This document shows positions 40,152 through 49,661 of a DNA stretch of 64,000 nucleotides, piece after piece (the first letter of the stretch is position 1; every line of letters starts with the position of its first letter). The notes below the pieces were generated by a model, which did not search any database, was not told the DNA's origin, and worked only from the letters and a program-made list of their open reading frames with translations. The position numbers were made by a program, and so were the translations under genes. Source of the stretch: an uncultured delta proteobacterium (GTDB lineage: Bacteria > Myxococcota_A > Polyangia > Polyangiales > JAFGIB01); contig CAVZVA010000010.1 in assembly GCA_963778655.1 (NCBI GenBank), positions 1,216,001 to 1,280,000 of the forward strand, in the 5' to 3' direction.

Positions 40152-41183
40152 ATGACCGACGTGATCGTGGACGCGACGCCTGAGACCGAAGCCACGCAGC
40201 AGGCCGACGCGCTGTCGGCCGCCCGCGCCGTGATCGAGCGGCTTACTCGCCGCGCGCGGGCCGTGGTGGTGGGCCGCGACGACGTGATCGAGCTGGTGCT
40301 GATCGCGCTGCTGGCCGATGGGCACGTGCTGCTCGAGGACTACCCGGGCTCGGGCAAGACCACGCTCGCGCGTTGCCTGGGCGATTCGCTCGAGAGCCAG
40401 AGCGGCGCGCCGATCGCGCCCTTCCGGCGCATCCAGTTCACGCCTGACCTGCTGCCGAGCGACGTCACCGGTACCGCGGTTTTCGACCTCGAGCACAGCC
40501 GCTTCGTGTTCCGGCCAGGCCCGATCTTCGCCCACATCGTGCTGGCCGACGAGATCAACCGCACCTCGCCCAAGGTGCAGGCCGCGATGCTCGAGGCGAT
40601 GGCCGAGAAGCAGGTCACCATCGACAACGAGACCCACCCGCTCGACGAGCTGTTCTTCGTGATCGCGACCCAGAACCCGCTCGACGTCGCCGGCACCTAT
40701 CCGTTGCCGACGCCGCAGCTCGATCGCTTCCTGTTCAAGATCGCGATGCACCATATCGAGCGCGAGGCCGAGCTCGACGTGCTCAACCAGTATCCGCGCC
40801 CCAGCCTGGAGCTGGGGCGCAGCTTGCCGCGGGTCAACCGCGTCGAGTTGCTGGCGGGGCGGCGCGCGATCCGCGGCGGCGTGCACATTGCCCCGCAGAT
40901 CCGCGAGGCGCTGGTCGACCTGGCGCGCGGGCTGCGCGCCGACGAGCGCGTGCTGCAGGGCGCGTCCACGCGCTCGCTGGTGCTGATGCTGCCCGCGCTG
41001 CAGGTGCGCGCGCTGATGCACGGGCGCGACTACGTCGCACCCGAGGATGTCGGCGCGCTCGCGGTGCCGATCTTTGGCCACCGCATCGAGTGCGTGCCCG
41101 GCGTGCTGGACAAGGCCGAGGTGGTGCGCGCCAGCCTCGCGCCCGTGCTCGAGCGCCTGGCCCGCGAGAGCCTGTCGCGATGA
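40152..41183 (+). CDS. MoxR family AAA+ ATPase
   Basis: EDYPGSGKT, RIQFTPDLLPSD, LADEINR, ATQNP, QLDRF. Confidence 0.95.
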   Translation: MTDVIVDATPETEATQQADALSAARAVIERLTRRARAVVVGRDDVIELVLIALLADGHVLLEDYPGSGKTTLARCLGDSLESQSGAPIAPFRRIQFTPDLLPSDVTGTAVFDLEHSRFVFRPGPIFAHIVLADEINRTSPKVQAAMLEAMAEKQVTIDNETHPLDELFFVIATQNPLDVAGTYPLPTPQLDRFLFKIAMHHIEREAELDVLNQYPRPSLELGRSLPRVNRVELLAGRRAIRGGVHIAPQIREALVDLARGLRADERVLQGASTRSLVLMLPALQVRALMHGRDYVAPEDVGALAVPIFGHRIECVPGVLDKAEVVRASLAPVLERLARESLSR

Positions 41184-43153
41184 GCGCGGCGCGGGCGCGC
41201 CTGCTGCAATCTGCGCTGCTGCTGCCGTGGCTGCTGTGCGCCTACCCGGCGCGTGCGCAGAACTTCCAGGACCCGAGCGAGCTGCGGCTGGAGGGCGCCG
41301 AGTCGACCCCCGAGGAGAGCGAAGCCTGGACCCTGATCGACGAGACCCGCTACGTGCGCGCGCGCGAGCTCGCCGAGCGCATCCTGCGCAAGCACCCGCG
41401 CTCGTACATGGCCCACCTGGTGCTCGGCTTCGCGCAGCACTACGGCGAGGACAACTTGCCGCGCGCGCTGTTTCACCTCGACCGCGCGCTCGACCTGTAC
41501 CAGAAGCGCTACGGCGACCACCCCGGCCCCGGTACACCCTGGCGCTGGCACGCGGCGCTGCTGCGCGAGCTGTCCGACGTCTACGGCGACATGGAGCAAC
41601 CGGCGCAGAAGCTGCATTACATCGCACGCTACAACGCGCTCTACGACCCCGACATGATCGCCGAGCGCGCCTGGCCGCTGATGAAGCTCGGCCGCTACCG
41701 GGAGGCGCGCCTGGCCGCGCAGCTCGGTCTGGCCACCGATCGGGTGGGTGAGCGCGTGATCGCGCTCAACGCGCTGTGCGCGATCGAGTTCGAGGCCGGC
41801 AACGACGGGCAGAGCTACGACGCGTGCCGGCGCGCGATCGACGACGGCTACAGCAGCGGCGGCGTGTCGGCGGTGGATCTGACCAACTTTGCCGAGGCCT
41901 CGCGTTCGCTGTTCAAGCTCGACGAGGCCGAACGCGTATCGCTCGAGGCGACCACCGCGCAGATCTCCTGGTACGGCAATCCCTGGATGGATCTGGCCGA
42001 GCTGTACGTGCGCCAGGGCCGCTTCGGCGAGGCGCTGTCGGCGCTCAAGCAGGTGCCCGAGTACCGCAGCAAGCGCCCGCCGCACGCGCGCGACGCCGAC
42101 CGCAACGAGATGCGCCGCGTGCTGGCGAGCTTCCTGCTCACGCTGTCGCTGCCCGAGCAGGCGTTCGAGATGACTGGCCGCGCGATCGCCGCGCCCGAGC
42201 GCCGCGCGCACAACAGCCGCGATCCGGCGCAGGACCGCAGCGTGCTGGCGCTGCTCGACCGCCGCGCGCGCCGGATGCAGGCCGAGCTCTTGCTCGAGCG
42301 CGCCGCGACCGAGCCGTTCTACCGCCGGCCGCTGGAATGGGCGCGCGCGCTGTACCTGCGGCTGCAGGCGCGCGAGTCGGGCGCGCTGGTGCAGCGCCTG
42401 CTCTCCGACGACCGGCGGCTGGTGGGCTCCTTCCGCATCGGTGCGGCGAGCGCCGCGATCATGCCGCCGTGGCTGGTCGGCGAGCTGGTGCAGGTGCTGG
42501 GGCCAGGCGTGGTGCGGGAGGCGGTGGGACGCGCGCGCAAGCGCGACCGCCGTACAGGCGCCGGCGCCTACTACGACGCGGTGGCGGCGGAGGTGGCCTG
42601 GGCTGCAGGCGAGCCGCGCAAGACCGTCAAGCTGGCCGACCGCGCGCTTGCCGGGCTCGGCCCGTCGGAGGTGCTGCTGCAGGCGCGCGTGCTGGCGCTT
42701 GCCGCCGACGCGTCGCGGCAGCAGGGCCAGATGCAGCGCGCGCGCGTGAGCTACGACGCCGCGTTCCAGCGCGACCCCGGGGTCTTCCGCCGGCTCGAGC
42801 TGCCGGTCGCGGTCGAGATCCGCAGCTCGGGCGGCGCGGTCGCGCAGGACGCCGCCGAGATGCTGGCGCGCTCGCCGCGCTTCGTGCAGGCCCGCGGCGG
42901 GCTGGTGCTGTCGCTGCGGCTTGCGGGTGCCTCGGCGCGGGCGTGCCTGTCGGGCGAGCAGGCGCAGGTGATCGCATGCGCCGAGATCGACACGACGCAC
43001 AAGCCCGCGGCGCTGAGCTCCGCCGCCTATGTCGCGCGCGAGGCGCAGCGCCAGCTGTTCGCGCCGCGGCTCGACCTCTCGCAGATGGACATCAATTCGC
43101 TCGACGGCCAGAACTTGACCAGCCGCGACGCGCTCAAGACGCTGTTCGAGTAG
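41180..43153 (+). CDS. Exported TPR-like protein
   Basis: ATGA overlap with the MoxR gene; signal peptide ending ARA-QN; helical repeat pattern. Confidence 0.75.
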   Translation: MSAARARLLQSALLLPWLLCAYPARAQNFQDPSELRLEGAESTPEESEAWTLIDETRYVRARELAERILRKHPRSYMAHLVLGFAQHYGEDNLPRALFHLDRALDLYQKRYGDHPGPGTPWRWHAALLRELSDVYGDMEQPAQKLHYIARYNALYDPDMIAERAWPLMKLGRYREARLAAQLGLATDRVGERVIALNALCAIEFEAGNDGQSYDACRRAIDDGYSSGGVSAVDLTNFAEASRSLFKLDEAERVSLEATTAQISWYGNPWMDLAELYVRQGRFGEALSALKQVPEYRSKRPPHARDADRNEMRRVLASFLLTLSLPEQAFEMTGRAIAAPERRAHNSRDPAQDRSVLALLDRRARRMQAELLLERAATEPFYRRPLEWARALYLRLQARESGALVQRLLSDDRRLVGSFRIGAASAAIMPPWLVGELVQVLGPGVVREAVGRARKRDRRTGAGAYYDAVAAEVAWAAGEPRKTVKLADRALAGLGPSEVLLQARVLALAADASRQQGQMQRARVSYDAAFQRDPGVFRRLELPVAVEIRSSGGAVAQDAAEMLARSPRFVQARGGLVLSLRLAGASARACLSGEQAQVIACAEIDTTHKPAALSSAAYVAREAQRQLFAPRLDLSQMDINSLDGQNLTSRDALKTLFE

Positions 43154-43156
43154 CGC

Positions 43157-45073
43157 TCAGAACGGGTTGTCGGGGATCGCGGGTGGCTTCGGGGCCGGCG
43201 CCGCGACCGCCGGTGTCTGGGCGCCGTGCTGCGCGCTGGCCTCGGCGCTGGTGGGCAACCCGCTGCCCGCCGTGGGCTTGGCCGGCGCGGGCTTGGCCGG
43301 CGCGGGCTTGGCTGGAGTCGGCGCGGCGGCCTGCGCTTGCCGCAGCGGCTGCGCCGGAGCGGGCGCGACCGTCTCCGCGCTGTGCCGGGCGGGCTTGCTC
43401 GCGTGCGTGTGTTTGGGCGGCTCGGCCTTGGGCGGCTCGGGTGCCTTCTCCGCAACTTCGCGCGCGGGCGCGGCCGCACCCTGGTTTTCGGGCTGCTCGG
43501 CCTGCGGCTCGGGTGCGGCCGCCGCCTTACCCGCCGCCTCCGGCGCCTCGCTGGCGCCCTTGGGCAGCTCGAGAAACACGTCCATCGGCATGTCGCCGCG
43601 CACGGTCGCGACGGTGGCCGCCACCTGGTTGCCCGCGCTGCTCTGCGCCTCGAAGCGGTAGGCGCCCGGGCGCAGCTTGAGACTGCGGCTCTGCGTCGGC
43701 GACATCTCGCCCTTGGGCTCGCCGTTGACGACCAGCGTCGCGTGCTCGACGTCGGTGTGCACGTTGACCTCGACCGTTTCCGGCTCGGCCGGCCCCGGCT
43801 CGCCGGGCTGGCCGGCCGCGCTGGCCTGGGCCTGACCGGGCACCACCGGGTGCGCCTGCGCGTCGTCGGGCTGCGCTGGCTCGAGCGCGAACCACACCAC
43901 GCCCGCGATCACCAGCGCTACCAGCCCGCCCATGATCCACAGCAGGTTGGCGCGCGGGTCGCTCTCCTCGGGCGAGTGCGGCAGCAGCGACTCGTCGCGC
44001 TCCTGTTCGTCGAGCTCGTCCTGGTCCGCGTCTGCGGCGTCTTCCTCGCCGGCGTCCGAGCCGCGCAGGCTGTCGCCCGCGCCGGTGGTCTCGTCGTCGG
44101 CGAACGCGCTGGCTTCGCTTTCCGCCAGCGGCAGAGGGTATTGCACATAGCCGAAGCTGTCGGTCTCGGCCGGCTCGAGCAAGCCCTCGCCGTCGAAGTC
44201 GGCTACCACCACCGTAATGTTGTCGTGGCCGCCGGCGGTCTCCGCGTATTCGATCAACTTGGCACCGCACTCGGCTGGGTCCTTGAGCTGCTCCATGGTG
44301 GTGCGCAGCGTCTCCGCGGTGACCAACCCCGAGAGCCCGTCCGAGCACATCATCAAGCGGTCGCCGCGACGCAGCTCGACGAAGGTCAGGTCCACCTGCA
44401 CCGTCTCGCTGGTGCCCAGGGCCTGCAGGATGATGTTGGAGTGCTCGAACGCCTCGGCTTCATCCTCGGTGAGATGGCCGGCCTCGATCAGCTGGTTGAC
44501 CAGGGATTGGTCCTTGGTGAGCTGCTTGAGCTGTCCGCGCCGCAGCAGGTAGGCGCGGCTGTCGCCGACCTCCGCCAGGAACATCACCTTGTCGATCAAC
44601 ACCGCCACCGTGGCGGTCGTGCCCATGCCGCGGCGCGAGCGTTCCTTCTGGGCGGCGTCGAAGATGCGCCGCCCCGCCTCCTCGACCGCGCCCACCAGCC
44701 TGCGCGCCAGCGCGTCGCGATCCTTGGGCGCGCCGCCGCGCCGCATCGCCTCGACCAAGATGTCGACCGCCATCTGGCTCGCGACCTCGCCCGCGGCCGC
44801 CCCGCCCATGCCGTCGCAGACCGCGAAGATCAGGCCACGCTCGTCGATGTCGTCCTCGCACAGCTGATCGCGCGGGCGGATCTGTCCGCTGGCGAGGTTG
44901 GCGACCACGAAGTTGTCCTCGTTGTGGTCGCGCACCTGGCCCACTGCGGTGCGCCCGGCGCAGCGCACGACGATACGGCCGCCGTTGCCGCCCGCACCGT
45001 CCTCGTCCTGGTCGGGCCGCTCGGCTTCGGCCGCAGCGCTCAGCTCCTCGCCGTCGCGGGGGGCGTCCGTCAT
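43157..45073 (-). CDS. PP2C-type Ser/Thr phosphatase with TM and extracytoplasmic PEGA-like/Pro-Ala-rich tail
   Basis: RDHNED, CDGMGG, VGDSRAY, CSDGL, GGHDNIT; acidic linker followed by a TM. Confidence 0.92.
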   Translation of the reverse strand: MTDAPRDGEELSAAAEAERPDQDEDGAGGNGGRIVVRCAGRTAVGQVRDHNEDNFVVANLASGQIRPRDQLCEDDIDERGLIFAVCDGMGGAAAGEVASQMAVDILVEAMRRGGAPKDRDALARRLVGAVEEAGRRIFDAAQKERSRRGMGTTATVAVLIDKVMFLAEVGDSRAYLLRRGQLKQLTKDQSLVNQLIEAGHLTEDEAEAFEHSNIILQALGTSETVQVDLTFVELRRGDRLMMCSDGLSGLVTAETLRTTMEQLKDPAECGAKLIEYAETAGGHDNITVVVADFDGEGLLEPAETDSFGYVQYPLPLAESEASAFADDETTGAGDSLRGSDAGEEDAADADQDELDEQERDESLLPHSPEESDPRANLLWIMGGLVALVIAGVVWFALEPAQPDDAQAHPVVPGQAQASAAGQPGEPGPAEPETVEVNVHTDVEHATLVVNGEPKGEMSPTQSRSLKLRPGAYRFEAQSSAGNQVAATVATVRGDMPMDVFLELPKGASEAPEAAGKAAAAPEPQAEQPENQGAAAPAREVAEKAPEPPKAEPPKHTHASKPARHSAETVAPAPAQPLRQAQAAAPTPAKPAPAKPAPAKPTAGSGLPTSAEASAQHGAQTPAVAAPAPKPPAIPDNPF

Positions 45074-46191
45074 CAGGGGTTGCGTCCTCCCCGGCCGCCC
45101 GCCGTCAGATCGAACCGAAACAAGTGGCGGCCGAGTCGAAACTGATCCCCGTGCTGGAGCACGCGCTCGCCGCGCAGCCGGATTGCGGTGCCGTTGGACG
45201 AGCCCAGGTCGCGCAGCACGAAGCGCAAGCGCTCGCGGTCCATGGTGATGGCCGCGTGCCGGCGCGACAGGAACGGGTCCTCGGCATACACGACGTCCGC
45301 CTGCTCCCTTCCGAAGACTGTTTCGTCACGGTACAGGTAGTACACGTCGCGCTCCAGCCCCTCGGTGGTGTACTGGGAAACGCGTGCAAGCCGCGGCAGA
45401 TCGGGCGTGCCGAACACCATCACGCCCTGTTGCTTGGCAGGACCCACGCGTCGTTCGGCCTCGGGCAACACCTCGAATCGTAACACTTGCTGTCCGATTA
45501 AGAACATCTCCCCGTGGATGAGCTCGAAGGGCTCCCGCAGGCGGGCGTAGACCCCGTTGACGCTGGCCAGATCCCTTAGCACGAACGTATCACCCCTGCG
45601 TTCTATCCTGGCGTGGCGCGGTGAGAGGTAGGGGTCCTCGGGGAGGACAATGTCGCCTTCGCGACCACCCAAATCCGTCTGGGGTGCGTCGAGGGGGTAG
45701 ACTCCGCCTTCGCTACCGTCACGCTGGATGATCACCACCTGCGCGTGCAAGGCCTCTGTGGGCGCGACCGCGAAGTTGTTGGGGGCCGAGCCGGGCGGGC
45801 GGACGCCGGCGGCGGAGCCAAAGGGGGAGCCGCAGAACTTGCAGAAGCGAGCCGCTGGGTCGCCCTGGCCTCCGCAGCGGCTGCACAGCGGCCCCACGGC
45901 GCCCGGGCCAGGCGCGGGGTCGGTGGGGCCGGGCATCGCTGCCGTGGGCAGGGGTTGGGACGCTGCCGGCTGGGCCGACACCGCCGGCGCGGCGAGTCCC
46001 GCCAGGCTGGAGCCGCACGTGCGGCAGAACTGCAAGTTTTTGCTGTTCTCGGTGCCGCAGCGCTGGCAGCGGAGCCCCACCGGTGGGGCGGCGGCCGGCG
46101 GCGGGGCGGCCGGCGCGGCCAGCGGTGACCCGCACGCGTGGCAAAACGCGTTCTGGGGGGGGTTGTCGCGCTGGCACTGCGGGCAAAGCAT
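45073..46191 (-). CDS. Zinc-ribbon + double FHA domain protein
   Basis: Three CxxC..FCxxCG ribbons; LSPRHA..SVNG and GR..LSRRHA..SSNGT; TGATG overlap with the phosphatase gene. Confidence 0.88.
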   Translation of the reverse strand: MLCPQCQRDNPPQNAFCHACGSPLAAPAAPPPAAAPPVGLRCQRCGTENSKNLQFCRTCGSSLAGLAAPAVSAQPAASQPLPTAAMPGPTDPAPGPGAVGPLCSRCGGQGDPAARFCKFCGSPFGSAAGVRPPGSAPNNFAVAPTEALHAQVVIIQRDGSEGGVYPLDAPQTDLGGREGDIVLPEDPYLSPRHARIERRGDTFVLRDLASVNGVYARLREPFELIHGEMFLIGQQVLRFEVLPEAERRVGPAKQQGVMVFGTPDLPRLARVSQYTTEGLERDVYYLYRDETVFGREQADVVYAEDPFLSRRHAAITMDRERLRFVLRDLGSSNGTAIRLRGERVLQHGDQFRLGRHLFRFDLTAGGRGGRNP

Positions 46192-46392
46192 GTTGCCGCA
46201 AGTGGAACCGGCGGGCGGCTGCGCCGTCAAGATCGTGGCGTCACTTGCGCAGCAGCTGCGAAGTCTGGTTGCACGCGAGCGGCGGAACGTGCAGACAGCG
46301 TTCGTGAGCTCGGCGTCGAGCCGGGAGCTTGTTGACAAGCGGTCGACTTCGATAGTAGGCGCCAACTCACCGGAGCGGAGGCCTTACCGGTC

Positions 46393-46788
46393 ATGGAGAT
46401 ACTCCTCGACAAGCGTGCGGTTCGTCAGATTCGTCAGTCCGCGGCCGACGCCATCGAGGATGGCGATACCGAGACGCTGCGCGAAGACGTGATGGACGCG
46501 TTCAGCGAAGAGCAGATCGAAGAGATCGAGCGCCGGATCGACGGTGGCGATTTCTACGATTTCATTGGCGACTCGCTGGAAGAGTGGGACGGCGACGACG
46601 TGGACGAGCTGTTCGAGCTGCTCGAGTCGCACCTCACCGACGTGGGCGTCGAGCTCAAGTACGACGCCCCCGACCTCGAAGAAGAAGAGGAAGAGGAAGA
46701 GGAAGACGAGGACTTCAACGCCGAGGAGGACGACGACATGGGCGATCCCCTCGAGCTCGACGAAGATCCCGAAGAAGAGGGGGTCTAA
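46393..46788 (+). CDS. Small, highly acidic hypothetical protein
   Basis: ggagg upstream, TTGACA at 46332; strong codon bias; Asp/Glu-dominated sequence with a poly-Glu tract. Confidence 0.8.
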   Translation: MEILLDKRAVRQIRQSAADAIEDGDTETLREDVMDAFSEEQIEEIERRIDGGDFYDFIGDSLEEWDGDDVDELFELLESHLTDVGVELKYDAPDLEEEEEEEEEDEDFNAEEDDDMGDPLELDEDPEEEGV

Positions 46789-46851
46789 GCCCCCCGGGCT
46801 TCTGCGCGTGCGCGAGTGCGCCGCGATCGCCCGTGCGCTGATTCCGGAGCA

Positions 46852-46916
46852 ACAGGAAGACGGGAGGGCGCGAAGAGAAGAGCGGGTGCGTGCTTGCCAT
46901 CTTTCCGGCTTGCTGT
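46852..46916. repeat. Octamer-based inverted repeat, copy 4 (degenerate right arm)
   Basis: acaggaagacgggagggcgcgaag ... cttgccatctttccggcttgctgt, between convergent genes. Confidence 0.5.
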
Positions 46917-46943
46917 CTTCTGCCTGATCTCGGCCGGACCGCG

Positions 46944-47993
46944 TCAGTAGTCGCCGGCCTGCGCGGTCTCGCGCAGGCGCTCGAGCGCGCCGCGGATGTC
47001 CTGCTCGGAGAGGTCGAGGTGGGTTACTGCGCGCAGCCGCTCGGGGGCGATCGCATTGAGCTTGACCCCGCGAACGCCGGCCCCCTGGGCGAAGCGCGCG
47101 GCGTCGCGGCCGGGCAGCTCGAAATTGACGATGTTGGTCTCGACTCGCTGCAGCGCGCAGCTCACGCCCGGCAGCGCGCCGAGCCCCTCGGCCAGCAGCC
47201 GCGCGTGCGCGTGATCCTCGCGCAAGCGCGCGCGGTTGTGCTCGAGCGCGTAGAGCGCCGCGGCAGCGAGCACGCCGGCCTGACGCATGCCGCCGCCCAG
47301 CATCTTGCGGAAGCGGTGCGCGCGCTGGACCAGCTCGCGGGGGCCCGCCAGCACCGAGCCCACGGGCGCGCCCAGCCCCTTGGAGAAGCACGCGCTCACC
47401 GTGTCGGCCGGCCCGGCCAGCTGCGCGGGCGAGAGCCCGGTCGCTGCCGCCGCGTTCCAGATGCGCGCGCCGTCGAGGTGCACGCGCAGCCCACGCGCGT
47501 GTGCCGCCTCTGCAATTGCCTGCACGTCGGCTTGCGGGAACACGCGCCCGCCCGCGCGGTTGTGCGTGTTCTCGAGCGCGACCAGGCGGCTGCGTGGGAA
47601 GTGGTACTCGGGCGGTCGAATAGCGGCCAGCATCTGCGCCGCGTCGTACAGCCCACCCTGGCCCACCAGCTGAAAGCTCACCCCGGCCCACGCCGAGCCG
47701 GCGCCGGACTCATACAGCATGCAGTGGTTGCCCTCGCCTGCGAGCACCTCGTCCCCGCGCTCGCAGTGGCACAGCAGCGCGATCTGGTTGGCCATGGTGC
47801 CGGTGGGCACGAACAGCGCGGCCGGCTTGCCCAGCAGCTCCGCCGCGCGCTCCTGCAAGCGGTTGACGGTCGGGTCCTCACCGTACACGTCGTCGCCCAC
47901 TTCCGCGCGCGCCATCGCCTCGCGCATGGCCGGGCTGGGTCGGGTCACGGTGTCGGACCGGAGGTCGATGAAGCTTGCGTCGAGGCTGGCCAC
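46944..47993 (-). CDS. ltaE: Low-specificity L-threonine aldolase
   Basis: [48 protein letters not shown]. Confidence 0.95.
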   Translation of the reverse strand: MASLDASFIDLRSDTVTRPSPAMREAMARAEVGDDVYGEDPTVNRLQERAAELLGKPAALFVPTGTMANQIALLCHCERGDEVLAGEGNHCMLYESGAGSAWAGVSFQLVGQGGLYDAAQMLAAIRPPEYHFPRSRLVALENTHNRAGGRVFPQADVQAIAEAAHARGLRVHLDGARIWNAAAATGLSPAQLAGPADTVSACFSKGLGAPVGSVLAGPRELVQRAHRFRKMLGGGMRQAGVLAAAALYALEHNRARLREDHAHARLLAEGLGALPGVSCALQRVETNIVNFELPGRDAARFAQGAGVRGVKLNAIAPERLRAVTHLDLSEQDIRGALERLRETAQAGDY

Positions 47994-48101
47994 GGCGGCG
48001 AATCCCTCCCGGCGCGGCCATGCACACAGGCGCGCCCAGACCGGCCCGGCGCCCGCTTTCGTGTCACGCTCGGCGTGCGGCCGGCCGCGCAGCCCCTGCG
48101 C

Positions 48102-48131
48102 TTGACACCCACGGGAAGCGTGGGCTACCCA
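48102..48131 (+). promoter_or_regulatory. Putative sigma70 promoter of tRNA-Thr
   Basis: TTGACA about 45 bp upstream of the tRNA; weak -10 (TACCCA). Confidence 0.45.
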
Positions 48132-48150
48132 ACCGCACCGACCGCGCCAG

Positions 48151-48222
<72 letters not shown>

Positions 48223-48243
48223 CCCATTTCACCGGGGCAGCAC

Positions 48244-48317
48244 GGCGGGCTTCGGCCGCCCGCCCAGCCGGCAGAGCCGGCTGGGACCCAGGCCGCGCGG
48301 AGTCGCTTCCCTCGCGC
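48244..48317 (-). repeat. Copy of the structured REP-like element just after the tRNA
   Basis: cccagccggc-aga-gccggctggg hairpin followed by tcgcttccctcgcgc. Confidence 0.55.
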
Positions 48318-48378
48318 GGCGGAGCCGCCCTTCACCGTTCGAGGCGACTCCCGGAGCCCGCAGCGCCGCCGCAGACCA

Positions 48379-48573
48379 TCAGTCGTGGATGCGGCGGATG
48401 GCTTCGGCGAACAGCGGGGCGACCGAGACCACCTTCACGCGGGCCGAGAGCTGCACCGGCTGGGTCTCGACTGAGTCGGTGACGATCAGGCGATCGATCG
48501 GGCTCTGCTCGAGGCGCGCCATCGAGCCCGCGGCGAACGCGCCGTGCGAGACCGTCGCGACCACGCGGTGCGC
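48379..48573 (-). pseudogene. prs: C-terminal remnant of ribose-phosphate pyrophosphokinase
   Basis: V.A.VSHG.F..GS..RL..SPI..LIVTDSV...VVSVAPLFAEAIRRIH is the Prs C-terminus; no N-terminal part or room for one. Confidence 0.8.
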
Positions 48574-48628
48574 TACCGCGTCACCGGGGACGGCGGCCTC
48601 GAGCGCGCACACAGCTGAGCGCGTCGCG

Positions 48629-49021
48629 TCAAGGCGTGTACGCCAGCACCCGCAGGTGTTGCCGCAGCGCGATCATGACGTCGGGCTTGTCCGCGAGGTC
48701 GGGGTTCGCGGGCATGTCCGCGCTCTTGCCCACGGACGCGCCGCCGTGGAGGATCACCTGCTCGAGGTGCTTGTCGCTGACCGCGAGCTGCCAGACCGGG
48801 TCGGCGAAGTTGCGCGGCGGGCGCTTGAGCGTGTGGGCGCGCGGGCCGTCGCCCTTGCCCAGCGGCCCGTGACAGGTCGCGCAACGCTTGCTGAAGATGT
48901 GCGCGGCTTCGGCCCGCGCCTCGCGGCTGGGCTCGGGCGGCGCGGGCGCGGGCCCGCAACCCCACAGCTGCACGGCCAGCAGCGCGGCGAGCAACCCCGA
49001 TGTGCCTAGGCTTGGCGTCAT
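48629..49021 (-). CDS. Monoheme cytochrome c lipoprotein
   Basis: Lipobox LWGC; CATCHG..G.GDGP, PRNF, distal MP. Confidence 0.88.
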   Translation of the reverse strand: MTPSLGTSGLLAALLAVQLWGCGPAPAPPEPSREARAEAAHIFSKRCATCHGPLGKGDGPRAHTLKRPPRNFADPVWQLAVSDKHLEQVILHGGASVGKSADMPANPDLADKPDVMIALRQHLRVLAYTP

Positions 49022-49033
49022 GACCGCGAACCG

Positions 49034-49049
49034 AGCAAGCGGCGTGCCA
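49034..49049 (-). promoter_or_regulatory. sigma54 (-24/-12) promoter of the cytochrome c gene
   Basis: Minus strand TGGCACGCCGCTTGCT matches the consensus TGGCAC-N5-TTGCW. Confidence 0.7.
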
Positions 49050-49227
49050 GTCGGGCGCCCCGCAAGCGCCGCCACGTTCGCGGCACGTGCAGCCTATGGT
49101 CCGGGCCGCTCGGTCGTGCCGCGCGCGGAAAATCCTGCGTCGCGGCCCTGCAGGCGCGCAGGTTTTTCGTGCTACCGCGGGTCGGCTGCGCGCGAGCGCG
49201 GACCGTTTTGCGTTTGGCGAGCGACCT

Positions 49228-49527
49228 ATGAATGTGAGGGGCCAGACGCGAGAGGGCGGAGCCGAGACGGATCCGCCTGCGGGGCGTCCGACAGCGGACC
49301 CGCGGCCGACCGACGCGGTCCTGAGCCCCGACGGGGGCCTGAACGACATCCTGGCGCGGGTCAACGCCGCGCTGGGCCCGCTGGCCGGCGACGCGGGCAC
49401 GGCCGCGAGCGCGGTCGGCCCGCGCTTGGACTTCTTCCACGGCTGCGCGGGGCTGCTGCAGAGCGAGATCTACGTCAGCGACTGCAGTCGGCAGTTCGTG
49501 TGCGGACACGCGCCCGGACAGCTTTGA
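49228..49527 (+). CDS. Hypothetical protein (possibly a fragment)
   Basis: ORF fills the intergenic gap with GC3-rich codons in its 3' half; no recognised motif. Confidence 0.35.
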   Translation: MNVRGQTREGGAETDPPAGRPTADPRPTDAVLSPDGGLNDILARVNAALGPLAGDAGTAASAVGPRLDFFHGCAGLLQSEIYVSDCSRQFVCGHAPGQL

Positions 49528-49661
49528 TGCGCGCGTGGCGCTCCTCGGATCGAAGCACCCGCGGCGCTACGCGCGGCGCGCCGCCGTGGCGCCGCTCACC
49601 ATAGCCGCGCGCTTGCGCTGCGCCATCGCGGGCCGCGCGTGCTTTGCGCTATGGTGGGCGG

